Of a stretch of 27,862 bases of DNA, positions 26,166 through 27,862 are shown one piece after another. Source of the stretch: a virus (Duplodnaviria; Caudoviricetes); IMG/VR virus record IMGVR_UViG_3300038321_000073, positions 1-27,862 of that record, one strand, 5' to 3'. The notes below the pieces were generated by a model that searched no databases, was not told the DNA's origin, and worked only from the letters and a program-made list of their open reading frames with translations. The position numbers were made by a program, and so were the translations under genes. The first letter of the stretch is position 1, and each line of letters opens with the position of its first letter.

Positions 26166-26303
26166 TAAACAGTATATAACCTTTAAGATCTTTTATAGTT
26201 AGTTTGTATTTGAATTTAAAAAGTAATAAAAAATGTCACAAAGCAATCCTTCTATCTACATTTCTTATGAAAGACAAATTAAAGAAATAGGAGGAATACA
26301 AAA

Positions 26304-27011
26304 ATGTTTGATAATGTATTGTTAGGTTTAGTTAAAAAGACTAAAGAAAATGGTGGGGTTTCTGTTTATATTAATTTGAATGTTGAACTGATTAGGAAAG
26401 GTATTCTACAGGATTTGACAGGCAACGAGGTAAAGGTATTGCTCGCTATAGCGTCTTATATGAACGAAGAAGGGGAATGTACTCCTGTACAAGAAAGAAT
26501 TGCTACTATGACGAATCTGGCGAGTTCTACGGTATCTCTAGCTGTTAATTCTATCATAAGAAAGAAAATTGATGGTAGGGTGTTAATGAAAAGAAAGTTT
26601 GTTGGAAAAGGCTCGAAAAAATACTCAAAGTACAAATTTCCACTATTAGGGGATGTTGAAACTGAAAGTGATATTGAAGAAAGGTTGACAGCTCCGGCGG
26701 TGTTGAAACTCTTTCAAGCTAAATATGAAGAAATTTACAAAATACCATATAAACCGAACTACCGTAGAGATTGTTCAATGATTAAAAAGACACTACTTGC
26801 AACTTATGAGGATGAACAGATTAAGAAGATTATATCTGTTGCTGTAGAAGAATATGACAAGAGGTGGAAGAACAGCAAATATCCTTCAATAACCGTAGGA
26901 GCATTGTGTAGCTGGATTGCTCAGGAAGCCTTGAAGATTGTCAGGGACAGAGAAAAGAAAGTTACGGATAGGGACGCTAAATATGCAGAACTTGAAGATG
27001 ATGAAGATTAA
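26304..27011 (+). CDS. Phage replication initiator-like protein (N-terminal winged HTH)
   Basis: LTGNEVKVLLAIASYMNEEGECTPVQERIATMTNLASSTVS fits HTH_36-type initiators; helical C-terminal domain. Confidence 0.72.
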   Translation: MFDNVLLGLVKKTKENGGVSVYINLNVELIRKGILQDLTGNEVKVLLAIASYMNEEGECTPVQERIATMTNLASSTVSLAVNSIIRKKIDGRVLMKRKFVGKGSKKYSKYKFPLLGDVETESDIEERLTAPAVLKLFQAKYEEIYKIPYKPNYRRDCSMIKKTLLATYEDEQIKKIISVAVEEYDKRWKNSKYPSITVGALCSWIAQEALKIVRDREKKVTDRDAKYAELEDDED

Positions 27012-27040
27012 ATTTGGTATTGACAATTTTAGCAGATTAC

Positions 27041-27086
27041 AAGGAAGTGCGAAAAGCCCACTCCTTCAGGTGTGGGATGGATAGCC
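27041..27086 (+). mobile_element. IS200/IS605-family (IS608-like) left end; no tnpA/tnpB in the window
   Basis: TTAC (27037-27040), then AAAG guide (27053-27056) at the foot of hairpin CCCAC-TCCTTCAGGT-GTGGG (27057-27076); same TTAC/AAAG pair as the IS608 left end. Confidence 0.72.
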
Positions 27087-27166
27087 TAAATCTAAAACTA
27101 TGTATATGCGTAACTTGACCTATAAGGAAATAGCAGAAATATATTTAGAAATATTTGCTTAAATAC

Positions 27167-27195
27167 TTGCTATTCTAGAAATACAGGTATATAAT
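27167..27195 (+). promoter_or_regulatory. sigmaA promoter for the cro-like/antirepressor genes
   Basis: TTGCTA-N17-TATAAT. Confidence 0.75.
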
Positions 27196-27235
27196 AGAAT
27201 TAACAAGAACAAAGAGTTCAGAATAGGAGGTTAAA

Positions 27236-27415
27236 ATGAGGGATTTTCTTAAACAAGCTAGACAAAATAAAGGATATACACAGAAGGAAATAGCCAACAA
27301 GGTAGGCATTAGCGAAAGACATTACCGATACTTGGAAGCAGGGCAGAGGGTAGGAAGTCTAAAGGTAATTAAAGACATTTCTAAAGTGCTAGATGTGGAC
27401 ATGAATTTATTTTAG
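27236..27415 (+). CDS. Cro-like XRE HTH regulator (59 aa)
   Basis: MRDFLKQARQNKGYTQKEIANKVGISERHYRYLEAGQRVGSLKVIKDISKVLDVDMNLF*; RBS AGGAGG; not in the ORF track. Confidence 0.9.
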   Translation: MRDFLKQARQNKGYTQKEIANKVGISERHYRYLEAGQRVGSLKVIKDISKVLDVDMNLF

Positions 27416-27482
27416 GAGGGTTAGTATGGAAGAGTACCAAGAAGGACACAAGCTAAAAAACTAAATTAAAAGGAGTGATTAA

Positions 27483-27862
27483 ATGAATAATTTACAGATT
27501 TTTAAGAATCAACAACTTATACCATTAAAAGAAAATGAAACTGGTGAAGTAATAGTTAATGGAAGAGATTTACACGAATTTTTAAAAGTTCAACAAGATT
27601 TTTCACACTGGATTAAAAATCAACTTGAAGCAGTTGGTTCAGAAAAAGATAAAACGCACACGCTTTTAAAGACGAGTGCAAATAATGGCGGCGGTACTAA
27701 GATTGAATATATTTTGACATTAGATGTTGCAAAAGAAATTTGCATGATAGCAGGAGTAGCTCCAAGAACAAATGAAGAAACTAAAAAACTTAGTAAGCAG
27801 GCAAGACAATATTTTATAGCAGTAGAAAAAGCATGGAACAGTCCTGAAATGATTATGAAGAG
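27483..27862 (+). CDS. AntA/AntB-family antirepressor (runs off the window)
   Basis: MNNLQIFKN...VNGRDLHEFLKV..DFSHWIK...LTLDVAKEICM...KQARQYFIAVEKAWNSPEMIMK; RBS AAGGAG. Confidence 0.9.
   Translation, partial: MNNLQIFKNQQLIPLKENETGEVIVNGRDLHEFLKVQQDFSHWIKNQLEAVGSEKDKTHTLLKTSANNGGGTKIEYILTLDVAKEICMIAGVAPRTNEETKKLSKQARQYFIAVEKAWNSPEMIMK

Noticed and set aside
25441-26270. Sporulation sigmaK/sigmaE promoters at TGTCACA (25441 and 26234)
   Set aside because: Spacing to the CATA-like boxes is inconsistent between the two sites
1-27862. Integrase, att site, CI repressor, tRNA genes
   Set aside because: None recognisable in the window; a temperate lifestyle is only hinted at by the antirepressor and operators

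Overview
A contiguous ~28 kb piece of an AT-rich, Firmicutes-type (probably clostridial) siphovirus genome or prophage, almost entirely on the + strand. Left to right: (1) ~1.2 kb of heavily patterned non-coding DNA. (2) A strong sigmaA promoter with a perfect 20-bp operator, driving an ardA-led cluster of small unknown genes (likely early/anti-defence). (3) A phBC6A51-type HTH (putative TerS), separated from TerL by ~2 kb. (4) A complete packaging/head/tail module: TerL, SPP1-type portal, minor head, scaffold, major capsid, connectors, TP901-1-type major tail, frameshifting tail chaperones, tape measure, Dit, and a Tal/CBM tail protein. (5) A lysis cassette with a signal-peptide-bearing GH25 lysin. 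(6) A replication-initiator-like gene, an IS608-like left end, a Cro-like HTH and the start of an AntA antirepressor. Most notable beyond the gene list: an AGCAG-N4-CTGCT operator family linking the ardA promoter to a second promoter apparently cut by the IS end; a spacing-conserved non-coding element in two inverted copies bracketing the whole late module; an antisense HTH moron with a 21-bp direct repeat; a structured scaffold leader; and several deletion-scarred accessory genes missing from the ORF track. All family assignments come from motif recognition by eye, not database searches.
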